From NCBI GenBank assembly GCA_946631895.1, contig CAMPAN010000001.1, positions 50,436 through 114,435 on the forward strand: 64,000 nucleotides of DNA. The letters are read 5' to 3'. Below are positions 36,384 through 47,686 of the stretch, in pieces (positions within the stretch are counted from its first letter, which is position 1; each line of letters opens with the position of its first letter). The notes under the pieces are model-generated. The model ran no database searches. It saw only the letters and a program-made list of their open reading frames with translations, and was not told the origin of the DNA. Made by a program: the position numbers and the translations under genes. Source of the DNA: an uncultured Clostridia bacterium (GTDB lineage Bacteria; Bacillota; Clostridia; Christensenellales; CAG-138).

Positions 36384-36616
36384 ACTATATCGCAACGTTC
36401 TATACACATGCAGCAGCGTTGATGACAAACCGTACTCTGCAAAAGAAAAGCGTTTCGTCTCGTCTCGGACCTGTTCCGCGCGTACTGTCCTCGAGCTGCG
36501 GCACTTGCGTGATGTATGAATCCGACGATCCGCATTTACAGGACCTGGATCGGGATATGGAAGCGGTTTATGAGAAAACCGATCACGGATACAAAGAACT
36601 GCTGAGGAATGAATAA
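36380..36616 (+). CDS. DUF3343-like putative Se/S carrier protein
   Basis: 78 aa; ATGA overlap with yedF. YIATFYTHAAALMTNRTLQKK...GPVPRVLSSSCG matches the remembered DUF3343 pattern (P.PR.isssCG). Confidence 0.65.
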   Translation: MNYIATFYTHAAALMTNRTLQKKSVSSRLGPVPRVLSSSCGTCVMYESDDPHLQDLDRDMEAVYEKTDHGYKELLRNE

Positions 36617-36621
36617 GCGCG

Positions 36622-36650
36622 AGGGAGCGGCAAAACCGCTCCTTTTGCAT
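36622..36650 (+). terminator. Rho-independent terminator of the yedE operon
   Basis: GGAGCGG (36624-36630), loop CAAAA, CCGCTCC (36636-36642), followed by TTTTGCATTTTTT. Confidence 0.7.
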
Positions 36651-36736
36651 TTTTTATTTACCGCATCATACGATATTGCAAGATTTCAAAATCCATGATA
36701 ATATATCATAAAACCAGAAATCGAAGAAGAGGCACT

Positions 36737-37537
36737 ATGAACACATTCAAACGCATCGGCGTATTTGACAGCGGTCTCGGCGGGCTGACCGTTCTTGACG
36801 CGATCTGTTCCGCCAATAAGGGATTATCCATTGTATATTTCGGCGATACCGCAAGGGTACCGTACGGTTCCCGTACTTCCGAAACGATCATCCGGTATGC
36901 GGAACAGGACGTCCGTTTCCTTTTGTCGAAGGGCGTGGAAGCGATCGTTGTCGCGTGCGGCACGGTCAGCGCGATCGCGCTTTCCGAACTGCGCAAGACA
37001 TTCAGCGTTCCCATTGTCGGCGTGATCGAACCGGCCTGCGACGCTGCGGCTAAGATCACCGAAAGCAAGCATATCTGTGTTATCGGCACGGAAGCGACGG
37101 TCCACAGTCAGGCGTATTCCGATTACATCAATCAGAAGTATCCGGAGCTCAATGTTTCCGGGATCGGCTGTCCGATGTTTGTGCCGCTAATTGAGAACGG
37201 TTTTCGAGAGGACGATCCGATCACACAAATGATCGTCGAGCGCTATTTGTCTCCAATTCGCAATACGGATATCGACACATTGATCCTCGGCTGCACACAC
37301 TATCCGTTCCTGTCGAACGTTATCCGAAAGACGCTTCCCGGCATACGGCTGATTGATATCGGCGTAACGCTCTCCGAAGTTGTATCAAAGACGATTTCGC
37401 TGCCGAACAATATTTCCGACAACTTTGTCGAATACTGCTTCAGCGACCGTGAAACCGGATTCAAGCGCTTCGATACGGAGCACCTCAAGAATCTTCCGAA
37501 CGGACCGATCAAGTCCGTCAATATCGAATCTTTCTGA
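36737..37537 (+). CDS. murI: Glutamate racemase
   Basis: IGVFDSGLGGLTV, VVACGTVS and ILGCTHYP catalytic Cys motifs. Confidence 0.9.
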   Translation: MNTFKRIGVFDSGLGGLTVLDAICSANKGLSIVYFGDTARVPYGSRTSETIIRYAEQDVRFLLSKGVEAIVVACGTVSAIALSELRKTFSVPIVGVIEPACDAAAKITESKHICVIGTEATVHSQAYSDYINQKYPELNVSGIGCPMFVPLIENGFREDDPITQMIVERYLSPIRNTDIDTLILGCTHYPFLSNVIRKTLPGIRLIDIGVTLSEVVSKTISLPNNISDNFVEYCFSDRETGFKRFDTEHLKNLPNGPIKSVNIESF

Positions 37538-37592
37538 CATAGAAACGAGATACCCTCATATGCTTTAGCAACAAGCATATGGGGGTATTTCT

Positions 37593-37871
37593 TTGAACTG
37601 GTATGAAGATCGCATCTGCGAGGAAGCTGCGTATATCGTAGACCATAAGGCAACCGTCCGTGAAGCCGCAAAAGCGCTTTGCATCGGAAAAAGCACGGTT
37701 CATAAGGATGTTACGGAACGGTTGAAAACGATCAATCCTGGTTTATACAGAAGCGTCAGAGACGTACTGAATATCAACAAAGCAGAACGTCATCTGAGAG
37801 GCGGAAAGGCGACGCACGACAAATACGCGCATTTGCGTCAATGCGACGGGGAAGTCACGGCGGAAAGGTAA
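37593..37871 (+). CDS. spoIIID: Sporulation transcriptional regulator SpoIIID (TTG start)
   Basis: ATVREAAKALCIGKSTVHKDVTERL HTH and ...HLRGGKAT, as in SpoIIID; 92 aa. Confidence 0.85.
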   Translation: MNWYEDRICEEAAYIVDHKATVREAAKALCIGKSTVHKDVTERLKTINPGLYRSVRDVLNINKAERHLRGGKATHDKYAHLRQCDGEVTAER

Positions 37872-38494
37872 ACCGCTGCAGCGCCTTTCTGTTTCAGCGT
37901 TTTTGCACATTCATAGACGGTTGCGCCGGTCGTAAAAACGTCGTCGACCAAAACAATGCGGAGACCTTTGACCAAAGGATCGGCAGTAAAGCTGCCGCGC
38001 ATGTTTCTGCGTCTTTCGGCAGGATCCCGGATCGTTTTCTGATCCAAAGAGAGCTTTGTTTTGAAAAGCAGCTTTGCGGAATAGGGAATACCGGTCGAAG
38101 CCGAAAGATACGACGCAAGCAGCTCCGTGTGGTTGAATCCCCGCAGCCACTTTTTGAACGGATGCATCGGAACAGGAACCAGAATATCTGCGTTCCATTC
38201 CTGCGGGACCGAAAGAAACTGCGTAAAGAATCCGGCATATTCCTTTTGCCCGTGTTTCTTGAACCGCATAATGGCAGCTGACAGCTCGTCACAGTACTGC
38301 AATCCGACGGTAATGTCGTCAAGCGGCTGCAGACAGGTAGGATTCGGCATGTATTTCAGCATGGATCGGCAGGCGTCGCAAAGACCGTCTTCGCCGATGA
38401 CGTCTTCTTCGTCACAGAGATAGCATTGATACGGTCCGGGCATCAAAGCGTCTTTCAGAAAGGTGAGAGGAGACTTAGGATCCGATGACAGCAT
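37838..38494 (-). CDS. comF: ComF family protein (phosphoribosyltransferase-like, ComFC)
   Basis: N-terminal CxxC...CxxC zinc finger and C-terminal PRTase motif IVLVDDVFTTGAT. The start could instead be the ATG at 38443. Confidence 0.75.
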   Translation of the reverse strand: MLSSDPKSPLTFLKDALMPGPYQCYLCDEEDVIGEDGLCDACRSMLKYMPNPTCLQPLDDITVGLQYCDELSAAIMRFKKHGQKEYAGFFTQFLSVPQEWNADILVPVPMHPFKKWLRGFNHTELLASYLSASTGIPYSAKLLFKTKLSLDQKTIRDPAERRRNMRGSFTADPLVKGLRIVLVDDVFTTGATVYECAKTLKQKGAAAVYLSAVTSPSH

Positions 38495-40676
38495 ATTCCG
38501 TGAGCCTTTCCTTCAATCCGGTGTTTCGGTCCGAACGCCGGGCATTCTTGACCATCCGTGCGATCGTTTCACTTCTTCCGATTCCGTAGACAAGGTGTTT
38601 TGCACGCGTGACGGCGGTGTACAGGAGATTTCGCGTCAGAAGCGGGATCGGCCCGCCCGCAAGCGGGAGGAGAATTGTACGGAACTCCGAACCTTGGCTT
38701 TTGTGGATCGTGATGCAGTAAGCAAGATCGATCTCTTCAAATTGCGCAAAAGCATATTCTGCCGTTCGTCCGTCGTCAAATACGATTACGGCATATTTTT
38801 CACGCGGATCGATCCGGAGGATCGTACCGAGATCACCGTTGAAAACGCCGAGACCTTCTTCATACCCGCCTTGCTTCTGCGCTTTTCTCCATTCGACTTT
38901 ATAGTTGTTGCGAATCTGCATGATCTTGTCGCCTTCGCGAAAAACGGTAATTCCGGAGATATGCTCCGCTTTCATCGGCGACGGCGGATTGCAGACGTCC
39001 TGCAAAAGACGGTTCAGTTCCACAACGCCGAGCGGACCGGACTTCATCGGGACAAGCACTTGAAGGTCCATGAACGGATCGCTTGTACCGAGCGAAGAGG
39101 ATTCTTTGCGGATCAGTTCCACAAGACGCGCACGGATCCGGTCTGTACTCGGGATCTCTTCAAACAGAAAATCGGAATCGCGGTCGATCAGGATCGGCAT
39201 TTTGCCGTTGTTGATCAGATGCGCATTTCGGATGATGTTGGAACGCTGCGCCTGACGGAAGATCTCCGTCAACCGGAAATAGGGAAGAACGCCGGAGGCA
39301 AGCGCATCCGAAAACACGTTGCCGCATCCGACCGGCGGAAGCTGATCGCGGTCTCCGACGAGTACGAGACGGGTCCCTTTTGTGATCGCCTGCAGCAACG
39401 CATACATCAGCGGCGCATCGACCATGGACATCTCATCGACGATGACCATGTCTGCGATCAGCGGATTGTCCCGGTTGCGCTGAAAGCCCTCCCCGGGAAT
39501 GTATTCCAGCAGGCGGTGGATGGTTCTTGCTTCGTTTCCGGTCGCTTCCGTCATGCGCTTGGAAGCACGTCCGGTCGGCGCAGCAAGCTCGACGATATAG
39601 CCGTTTTCCTGCATTGCATCGAGAATACAGCGGATGATGGTTGTTTTGCCGGTACCGGGTCCGCCGGTGATGATGCAAACGCCGTTGGACAACGCCAGGG
39701 AAACCGCTTTTTTCTGCTCTGTCGAAAGCTCCATGCCGACATGTTTTTCCCAGCGGCTCAGGTCAAACGACCCGGATGCGATCGGCTGATTCAAAAGCAG
39801 CAGTTTTTTTGCAATATAGTCTTCAATTTTACAGAGATAAGGCAGATAAACCGCATCGGTACCGTTGACCTCACAGCGCAGAAGATCGCTTCCGCTTTCC
39901 ATCCACTCGACGGTTTCCTCGATTCGGTCCGTCGGCGCGCCGAGCAGCTTTGCCGAGCGTTCGATCAGAACGTCATACGCAAGGAACATATCGCCGTGTT
40001 CATCTCTTGCCTGCTGCAGACAGTAACGGATTCCCGCCATAAGTCTCGCAAGCGAATCGGGTTCAAATCCGGCGACGTGCGTTGCGATCCGGTCTGCCGT
40101 CAAAAAGCCGATTCCCTCAATATCGTCGATCAACTGATACGGGTTTTCCTGCACCTTGGCGAGGCAAAGCTCGCCGTAGGTCTGCATCATTTTGTATGCC
40201 TGGCCGACGGTTACGCCGTAGGGCTCCAGACTCAGAAGAACGTCGCGCAGGAGCTTTTTCTCGCGGAACGACTCCGAGATCATTTTCGCTTTTTTTGTGC
40301 CGATGCCGGGCACTTCCGTCAGACGTTCCGGTTCCCGTTCCAGGATCTCAAGTGTGTTCATGCCGAAGACGGAGACGATCGCTCTTGCCATAGCGGGACC
40401 GACGCCCCGTACAACGCCGCTTTCAAGATATTTAATGATGGCACTGTTGCTGGACGGAGCGGTACGTTCATAGGACTCAACGCGAAACTGCGTACCGAAC
40501 CGAGGATGATAGGATTCCGAACCGACGAGGGTGACCGTATCGCCGACGTTGATCAAAGGAAGCGAGCCGACACAGGTTACGGTTTGCTTTTCGTCGTCGC
40601 AAAGAAGCGACAGTACGGTATAACCGTTTGTCGAGTTGCGGAAGATGATGGATTGTACGGTTCCGTTCAGTTCCAT
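38475..40676 (-). CDS. recD2: ATP-dependent RecD-like DNA helicase (RecD2)
   Basis: N-terminal OB/HhH region; Walker A GGPGTGKTT; VIVDEMSMV; C-terminal AITIHKSQGSE. Confidence 0.85.
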   Translation of the reverse strand: MELNGTVQSIIFRNSTNGYTVLSLLCDDEKQTVTCVGSLPLINVGDTVTLVGSESYHPRFGTQFRVESYERTAPSSNSAIIKYLESGVVRGVGPAMARAIVSVFGMNTLEILEREPERLTEVPGIGTKKAKMISESFREKKLLRDVLLSLEPYGVTVGQAYKMMQTYGELCLAKVQENPYQLIDDIEGIGFLTADRIATHVAGFEPDSLARLMAGIRYCLQQARDEHGDMFLAYDVLIERSAKLLGAPTDRIEETVEWMESGSDLLRCEVNGTDAVYLPYLCKIEDYIAKKLLLLNQPIASGSFDLSRWEKHVGMELSTEQKKAVSLALSNGVCIITGGPGTGKTTIIRCILDAMQENGYIVELAAPTGRASKRMTEATGNEARTIHRLLEYIPGEGFQRNRDNPLIADMVIVDEMSMVDAPLMYALLQAITKGTRLVLVGDRDQLPPVGCGNVFSDALASGVLPYFRLTEIFRQAQRSNIIRNAHLINNGKMPILIDRDSDFLFEEIPSTDRIRARLVELIRKESSSLGTSDPFMDLQVLVPMKSGPLGVVELNRLLQDVCNPPSPMKAEHISGITVFREGDKIMQIRNNYKVEWRKAQKQGGYEEGLGVFNGDLGTILRIDPREKYAVIVFDDGRTAEYAFAQFEEIDLAYCITIHKSQGSEFRTILLPLAGGPIPLLTRNLLYTAVTRAKHLVYGIGRSETIARMVKNARRSDRNTGLKERLTEYAVIGS

Positions 40677-40681
40677 ATCGC

Positions 40682-40707
40682 AAAAAGCCTCCGTTTGACC
40701 GGAGGCT
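40682..40707 (-). terminator. Terminator after glyQS; its 3' stem contains the only SD-like sequence before recD2
   Basis: Minus strand reads AGCCTCCG-GTCAAA-CGGAGGCT-TTTT, then 7 nt, then the recD2 ATG. Confidence 0.55.
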
Positions 40708-40713
40708 GATCGT

Positions 40714-42111
40714 TCAGAAGTCGAGTCGCTGTTCGATGTAGCTGCGCAGTTCGGTGATCGGAAGACGAACCTGCTCCATCGTGTCGCGGTCGCGTACCGT
40801 TACGCAATGATCGTTATCGGAATCGAAATCATATGTGATGCACAGCGGCGTACCGATCTCGTCCTCGCGGCGATAACGCTTGCCGATTGATCCGGTTTCG
40901 TCAAAATCGACTGCAAAATGCTTCAGAAGATCCATATAGACCTCGTTCGCCTGCGCAGAGAGCTTCTTGGATAGCGGAAGAACGGCCGCCTTGAACGGAG
41001 CAAGCGCGGGATGCAGATGCAGCACCGTGCGAACGTCGTTGTTCTCCAAAGCCTGCTCTTCGTATGCGTTGCAGAGAACCGCAAGGACCGTACGCTCCAC
41101 GCCGAGAGAAGGTTCAATGACGTACGGAATGTACCGTTCGTTTTTTTCTGCGTTATAGTAGGTCAGATCCTTGCCGGACGCATTCTGATGCTGCGTAAGA
41201 TCGTAATCGGTACGGTCGGCCACGCCCCAGAGTTCGCCCCAACCGAACGGGAATCTGAATTCAAAGTCCGTCGTTGCCTTGGAATAGAATACGAGTTCGT
41301 CCGGATCATGATCGCGAAGCCGCAGGTTTTCATCCTTGATACCGATGGAAAGCAGGAATTTATGGCAGTAGCTGCGCCAGTAATCGAACCATTCAAGGTC
41401 GGTCCCCGGTTCACAGAAGAACTCCAGCTCCATCTGTTCAAATTCGCGAACACGGAAAATGAAGTTGCCGGGCGTAATTTCGTTGCGGAAGCTCTTGCCG
41501 ATCTGACCGATGCCGAACGGCAGCTTTTTACGCGTTGTACGCTGCACGTTTGCAAAGTTCACAAAGATGCCCTGTGCGGTTTCCGGACGCAGATAGACCG
41601 TGTTCTTGGCGTCTTCTGTCACACCCTGAAAGGTCTTGAACATCAGGTTAAACTGACGGATGTCGGTGAAGTTATGCTTGCCGCACGTGGGGCAGGGAAT
41701 CTGATGCTCCTCAATAAACGCTTTCATCTCTGCCTGTGTAAAGGCATCGATCGGCTTATCAAGCGAGAAACCGTTTTCCGCGGACCAGTCTTCAATCAGC
41801 TTATCTGCACGGAAACGCTCTTTGCATTCGCGGCAATCCATCAAAGGATCGGAAAAACCGCCGAGATGACCGGATGCTTTCCATGTCTCCGAATTCATCA
41901 GAATCGCGGCATCGAGTCCGACGTTATAGGGACTCTCCTGCACGAACTTCTTCCACCATGCCTTTTTGACGTTGTTCTTGAGCTCGACGCCGAGAGGACC
42001 GTAATCCCACGTATTGCTGAGACCGCCGTAAATCTCGGAACCGGCGAAAATGAATCCGCGGTTCTTACAGAGATTGACGATTTTATCCATCGAAAATGTG
42101 TTCTGTTCCAT
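40714..42111 (-). CDS. glyQS: Glycine--tRNA ligase (dimeric GlyQS type)
   Basis: [25 protein letters not shown]-terminus; class II motifs (FRNEITP...); 465 aa. Confidence 0.9.
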   Translation of the reverse strand: MEQNTFSMDKIVNLCKNRGFIFAGSEIYGGLSNTWDYGPLGVELKNNVKKAWWKKFVQESPYNVGLDAAILMNSETWKASGHLGGFSDPLMDCRECKERFRADKLIEDWSAENGFSLDKPIDAFTQAEMKAFIEEHQIPCPTCGKHNFTDIRQFNLMFKTFQGVTEDAKNTVYLRPETAQGIFVNFANVQRTTRKKLPFGIGQIGKSFRNEITPGNFIFRVREFEQMELEFFCEPGTDLEWFDYWRSYCHKFLLSIGIKDENLRLRDHDPDELVFYSKATTDFEFRFPFGWGELWGVADRTDYDLTQHQNASGKDLTYYNAEKNERYIPYVIEPSLGVERTVLAVLCNAYEEQALENNDVRTVLHLHPALAPFKAAVLPLSKKLSAQANEVYMDLLKHFAVDFDETGSIGKRYRREDEIGTPLCITYDFDSDNDHCVTVRDRDTMEQVRLPITELRSYIEQRLDF

Positions 42112-42138
42112 ATGTAATCTCCTTTATTTATCCATAGT

Positions 42139-42167
42139 ATTATCATGCGAACGGCGTGTTTTGTCAA
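42139..42167 (-). promoter_or_regulatory. Candidate sigma-A promoter of glyQS
   Basis: Minus strand: TTGACA (42162-42167), 17 nt, GATAAT (42139-42144), about 30 nt upstream of the ATG. Confidence 0.5.
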
Positions 42168-42274
42168 GCGTTTCAAAAAAGATCATTGTACCGGGAACCA
42201 TTTCGATGCAGGCATCATACAATACTGTAACGACGAAAAAAACGTCGAATCATCATGAACGGAGGAACTGTACA

Positions 42275-42469
42275 ATGTTCAATAATCTCGGTGGAACCAA
42301 TCTGACCTGGCTGCTCGTTCTGCTTCTGCTCATCGGAGACAACGACAACGGTATGGGCGTTTCCTGCGATACGCTGATCTGGCTGCTTCTGCTGTCGCGC
42401 TTCTGCGGCGGAGAGAACGGTTGCGGCTGCGTCAATCAGAATCGTCCCTGCGGATGCTCTGCAATGTAA
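42275..42469 (+). CDS. Hypothetical 64-aa hydrophobic-repeat, Cys/Gly-rich small protein
   Basis: GGAGG SD 9 nt upstream of the ATG. Sequence MFNNLGGTNLTWLLVLLLLIGDNDNGMGVSCDTLIWLLLLSRFCGGENGCGCVNQNRPCGCSAM. The longer ORF from 42050 overlaps glyQS, so it was trimmed. Confidence 0.45.
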   Translation: MFNNLGGTNLTWLLVLLLLIGDNDNGMGVSCDTLIWLLLLSRFCGGENGCGCVNQNRPCGCSAM

Positions 42470-42526
42470 TGTAAAAAACTCTTTGAAAATCGCCTTCTTT
42501 GTGGTATACTGTCCGCAAAGGAGGCG

Positions 42527-44504
<1,978 letters not shown>

Positions 44505-44516
44505 CGGGAGGCAGTT

Positions 44517-45281
44517 ATGAAATTGCATGATTTTTGCGAGCGGATGGAACATATCGCGCCGAAATCGCTGGCACTGGACTTCGATAACGTCGGACTGCTC
44601 ATTACGCCGGAACATGACGAAATTAAAAAAGTGCTTGTTGCGCTGGATCTGACCGTTCCGGTTGCCGAGGAATCGATCCGGGGCGGTTACGATCTCGTGC
44701 TCACGCACCATCCGATTTTCTGGGACCCGGTTAAGGCTATCTCAAAAGACGACCCCGATACGGCGGCGGCATACCGGCTGATCCGTCACGGGATCGGACA
44801 CTTTGCCGCGCATACCAATCTCGACGCTTGCGTCGGCGGGGTGAACGACGTGCTTGCATCACTGCTCGGATTGACGGAGATCAGACCGCTTCCGCCGGAG
44901 GATCTCGGCAGAATCGGCATACTTCCAAGTCCTGTTCCGTTTCGTCTGTTTGCGGCGCAATGCGAACGTACACTGCGGACAAGAGGCAGATATACCGGCG
45001 ATCCGGAACGGCTGGTCCGCAGGGTTGCCGTGATCGGCGGCGCGGGCGGAAGCGATGTTTCGTTCGTCGGGGATGCCGGCTGTGACGCATTCGTCACCGG
45101 CGAACTGAAGCACAGTCAAGCTCTGACTGCATTGCAGCTCAATGTGAACTGCTGTGTCATGGGGCATTACGAAACGGAATTTCCTGTCCTGAAACCGTTA
45201 ATTGACCGTTTACAGGAAGGAAAAAATGATGTACAATATAATTTAGCACAATCGGGCAATACGCCTTTGTATTGCTTATAA
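44517..45281 (+). CDS. Nif3-like dinuclear metal centre protein (YqfO/GTP cyclohydrolase 1 type 2 homologue)
   Basis: DNVGLLI..., LVLTHHPIFW and AAHTNLD motifs; 254 aa. Confidence 0.85.
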   Translation: MKLHDFCERMEHIAPKSLALDFDNVGLLITPEHDEIKKVLVALDLTVPVAEESIRGGYDLVLTHHPIFWDPVKAISKDDPDTAAAYRLIRHGIGHFAAHTNLDACVGGVNDVLASLLGLTEIRPLPPEDLGRIGILPSPVPFRLFAAQCERTLRTRGRYTGDPERLVRRVAVIGGAGGSDVSFVGDAGCDAFVTGELKHSQALTALQLNVNCCVMGHYETEFPVLKPLIDRLQEGKNDVQYNLAQSGNTPLYCL

Positions 45282-45295
45282 GGAGGAACTCACCT

Positions 45296-46018
45296 ATGAG
45301 TAAACCGGTTGCATTGCTTGCCTATCAGGACGCGGATCTTGAAAAGCAGCAAATCGAAACAGGACTTCGCACAACGGCAAACCGCGTGAAGCTGAACAAG
45401 CTCGCAAAGTATGTCAAACAACAACAGGCAACCTTGACAAAGCTGACCGAGGATATGGAGTCGCATTCTGCGGCGATGAATCGTCTCAACGCCCAATATG
45501 AAGCGGTTCTGGATCGCCTGGACCTAGAGTCTTCTGAATTTGAAACGCTGAAAGGCGACGAAGAATGCACATCCGAGGAGATGACGGAATTCCGTCACGA
45601 CATCGAAAAGCTGCAGCGGGAAGCAAACAATCTCGAAAAAGAGATCAAACAGCTGTTCCGAAGCCTTGAGGAAACCGTATCCGAATATCAGAAAACGCGT
45701 CAGCAGGGCGCAAAAGCGAAGAAAGAGTACGATCAGGTCAAAATCCTTTGTCAGAAAGAAAAGGACGATGCTGCAATCGATATGCTCGCGGCAGATAAAA
45801 AACTGGAGGAGCTTGAGCGGCATGTGAGTCCCTCGCTGATGAACCGGTATAAACGCGCACGCCTGCACAACAGCGTTCCGGTGGTTGAAGTGCGGGACGG
45901 AAAATGCAGCGGATGCAACATGTCGCTTCCGAGTCTCGCAATTCGAAGGCTTATCGGGGAGAATATGATCCTCGAATGCGAGAATTGCGGCAGGCTGTTA
46001 TATGCCGACAACGATTAG
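45296..46018 (+). CDS. Coiled-coil protein with C-terminal C4 zinc ribbon (DUF164 family)
   Basis: AAGGAGG SD; long heptad region; C-terminal CSGCNMSLP...CENCGRLLY. Nif3-adjacent, as is usual for this family. Confidence 0.75.
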   Translation: MSKPVALLAYQDADLEKQQIETGLRTTANRVKLNKLAKYVKQQQATLTKLTEDMESHSAAMNRLNAQYEAVLDRLDLESSEFETLKGDEECTSEEMTEFRHDIEKLQREANNLEKEIKQLFRSLEETVSEYQKTRQQGAKAKKEYDQVKILCQKEKDDAAIDMLAADKKLEELERHVSPSLMNRYKRARLHNSVPVVEVRDGKCSGCNMSLPSLAIRRLIGENMILECENCGRLLYADND

Positions 46019-46027
46019 TTTTTAACG

Positions 46028-46364
46028 GTGAGTAAGTCAGACGATCGCGGCTCTTTATGAGGTGAGGAAAGTCCGAGCACCGCAGGGCAGAGTGCCGGGT
46101 AACACCCGGTGAAGGCGACTTCAAGGAAAGTGCAACAGAGAGATACCGCCCGGTTTTCCGGGTAAGGATGGAAAGGCGAGGTAAGAGCTCACCAACGGCA
46201 TGGCGACTTGTCCGTTCTGTAAACCCCACTCGGTGCAAGATTGGAATGAGAGCATTCAATAGCGGCCCGCTACGCTCTTGATAATCGCTTGAACGGCCCG
46301 GCAACGGGTCGTCTAGATAGATGATCGTCCTTAGACAGAACTCGGCTTACGGCTTGCTCACCGT
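46028..46364 (+). ncRNA. rnpB: RNase P RNA (bacterial)
   Basis: GAGGAAAGTCCGAGCAC (P4 5' strand) and ACAGAACTCGGCTTAC (P4 3' strand). P1 is formed by GTGAGTAAGTC (5') and GGCTTGCTCAC (3'). Length about 337 nt. Confidence 0.85.
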
Positions 46365-46394
46365 TATATTTTAAATGACGTACTTGGGGGATGT

Positions 46395-47675
46395 ATGGAA
46401 GAGATTCGGTATTGGAAAGAGTATTCACAGATTCTGCGGGAAGAGATCGTCCCGGCAACCGGATGTACGGAGCCGATTTCCATCGCATACTGCGCGGCAA
46501 AGGCGCATCAGGTTCTCGGCATGCAGCCGACCGCAGTCACGGTTTCCGTCAGCGGCAATATCCTGAAAAATGTAAAAAGCGTCGTAGTCCCGAATACGAA
46601 CGGGCTAAAGGGGATTCGCGCCGCGGTTGCGGCAGGCATCGTCTGCGGAGACGCGGACAAAGGCATGCAGGTCATCAGCCGTGTTTCCGACGAACAGCGA
46701 GCAGCGGTCGCACACTTCATGGATTCCGTCAATATCGACGTATCCTGTGCGGAAACCGATTGCCCGCTGTATATCAGCATTACGCTTTATGCGCGCACCT
46801 CCTATTCCCGTGTTGTGATTGCGAACAATCACTCCAATATCGTCGAGATCATGAAAAACGGCGAGGCGCTGTATAAACGCCCGATCGTTGCACAGAGCGA
46901 AGACAATCTGACAGACAAATCCTGTCTGAATCTGCATGATATCGTAGATTACGCAAACCGCGTAGACGTTTCGGAGGTGCAGGATCTGCTGGACCTGCAG
47001 ATTGACTACAATATGGCGATCTGCGAGGAAGGACTTTCGCACGATTACGGCGCAAATATCGGCAAAATTCTTCTTACGGAAAACGTTTCCGACGCAAAGA
47101 CTGTCGCAAGAGCTTATGCTGCGGCGGGCAGCGATGCGAGAATGAGCGGCTGTGAAATGCCGGTTGCGATCCTTTGCGGTTCAGGCAACCAAGGTATCAC
47201 GGCTTCCGTTCCGATCATCTGCTACGCCAGACATTATGCGATCGGCAGGGAACGCATGTATCGCGCATTGATTCTTTCCGATCTTCTGACGGTTTATCAA
47301 AAAGCGGGAATCGGACGGCTGTCTGCCTATTGCGGCGCAATCAGCGCAGGCTGCGCGGCAGGCGCAGGAATTGCGTATCTGCTCGGCGGCGACGAAATCG
47401 TCGTTGCGCATACGCTCGTTAATTCCGTTGCAATGATTTCCGGAACGATCTGTGACGGTGCGAAGCCCTCATGCGCGGCAAAGATTGCAGCGGCGATTGA
47501 CACCGGCATTCTCGGATATCAGATGTATCTGCATCAGCAGCAGTTCTATCACGGCGAAGGGATCGTTGCGCCGAACGCCGATGCGACTGTTCGCAATATC
47601 GGAAGAATTGCATCGGAAGGTATGGTTGAAACGGACCAGACCATCATTGATATCATGCAGCAGGATTGCAAATAA
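46395..47675 (+). CDS. UPF0597/YhaM(CyuA)-family L-cysteine desulfidase-like protein
   Basis: ATGCTEPISIAY, SGNQGITASVP and ICDGAKPSCAAK motifs, as remembered from E. coli YhaM. Confidence 0.75.
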   Translation: MEEIRYWKEYSQILREEIVPATGCTEPISIAYCAAKAHQVLGMQPTAVTVSVSGNILKNVKSVVVPNTNGLKGIRAAVAAGIVCGDADKGMQVISRVSDEQRAAVAHFMDSVNIDVSCAETDCPLYISITLYARTSYSRVVIANNHSNIVEIMKNGEALYKRPIVAQSEDNLTDKSCLNLHDIVDYANRVDVSEVQDLLDLQIDYNMAICEEGLSHDYGANIGKILLTENVSDAKTVARAYAAAGSDARMSGCEMPVAILCGSGNQGITASVPIICYARHYAIGRERMYRALILSDLLTVYQKAGIGRLSAYCGAISAGCAAGAGIAYLLGGDEIVVAHTLVNSVAMISGTICDGAKPSCAAKIAAAIDTGILGYQMYLHQQQFYHGEGIVAPNADATVRNIGRIASEGMVETDQTIIDIMQQDCK

Positions 47676-47686
47676 CGCATATTAGA

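Noticed and set aside
33871-36616. Possible selenocysteine (in-frame TGA) recoding near the Se/S module.
   Set aside because: No pair of same-frame adjacent ORFs split by TGA was noticed here or elsewhere in the window. All genes in the module read through normally.
45951-46500. ORFs 45951-46304 (-), 46270-46500 (-) and 46391-46876 (+).
   Set aside because: They overlap RNase P RNA or are out of frame with the well-supported cysteine-desulfidase-family gene starting at 46395.
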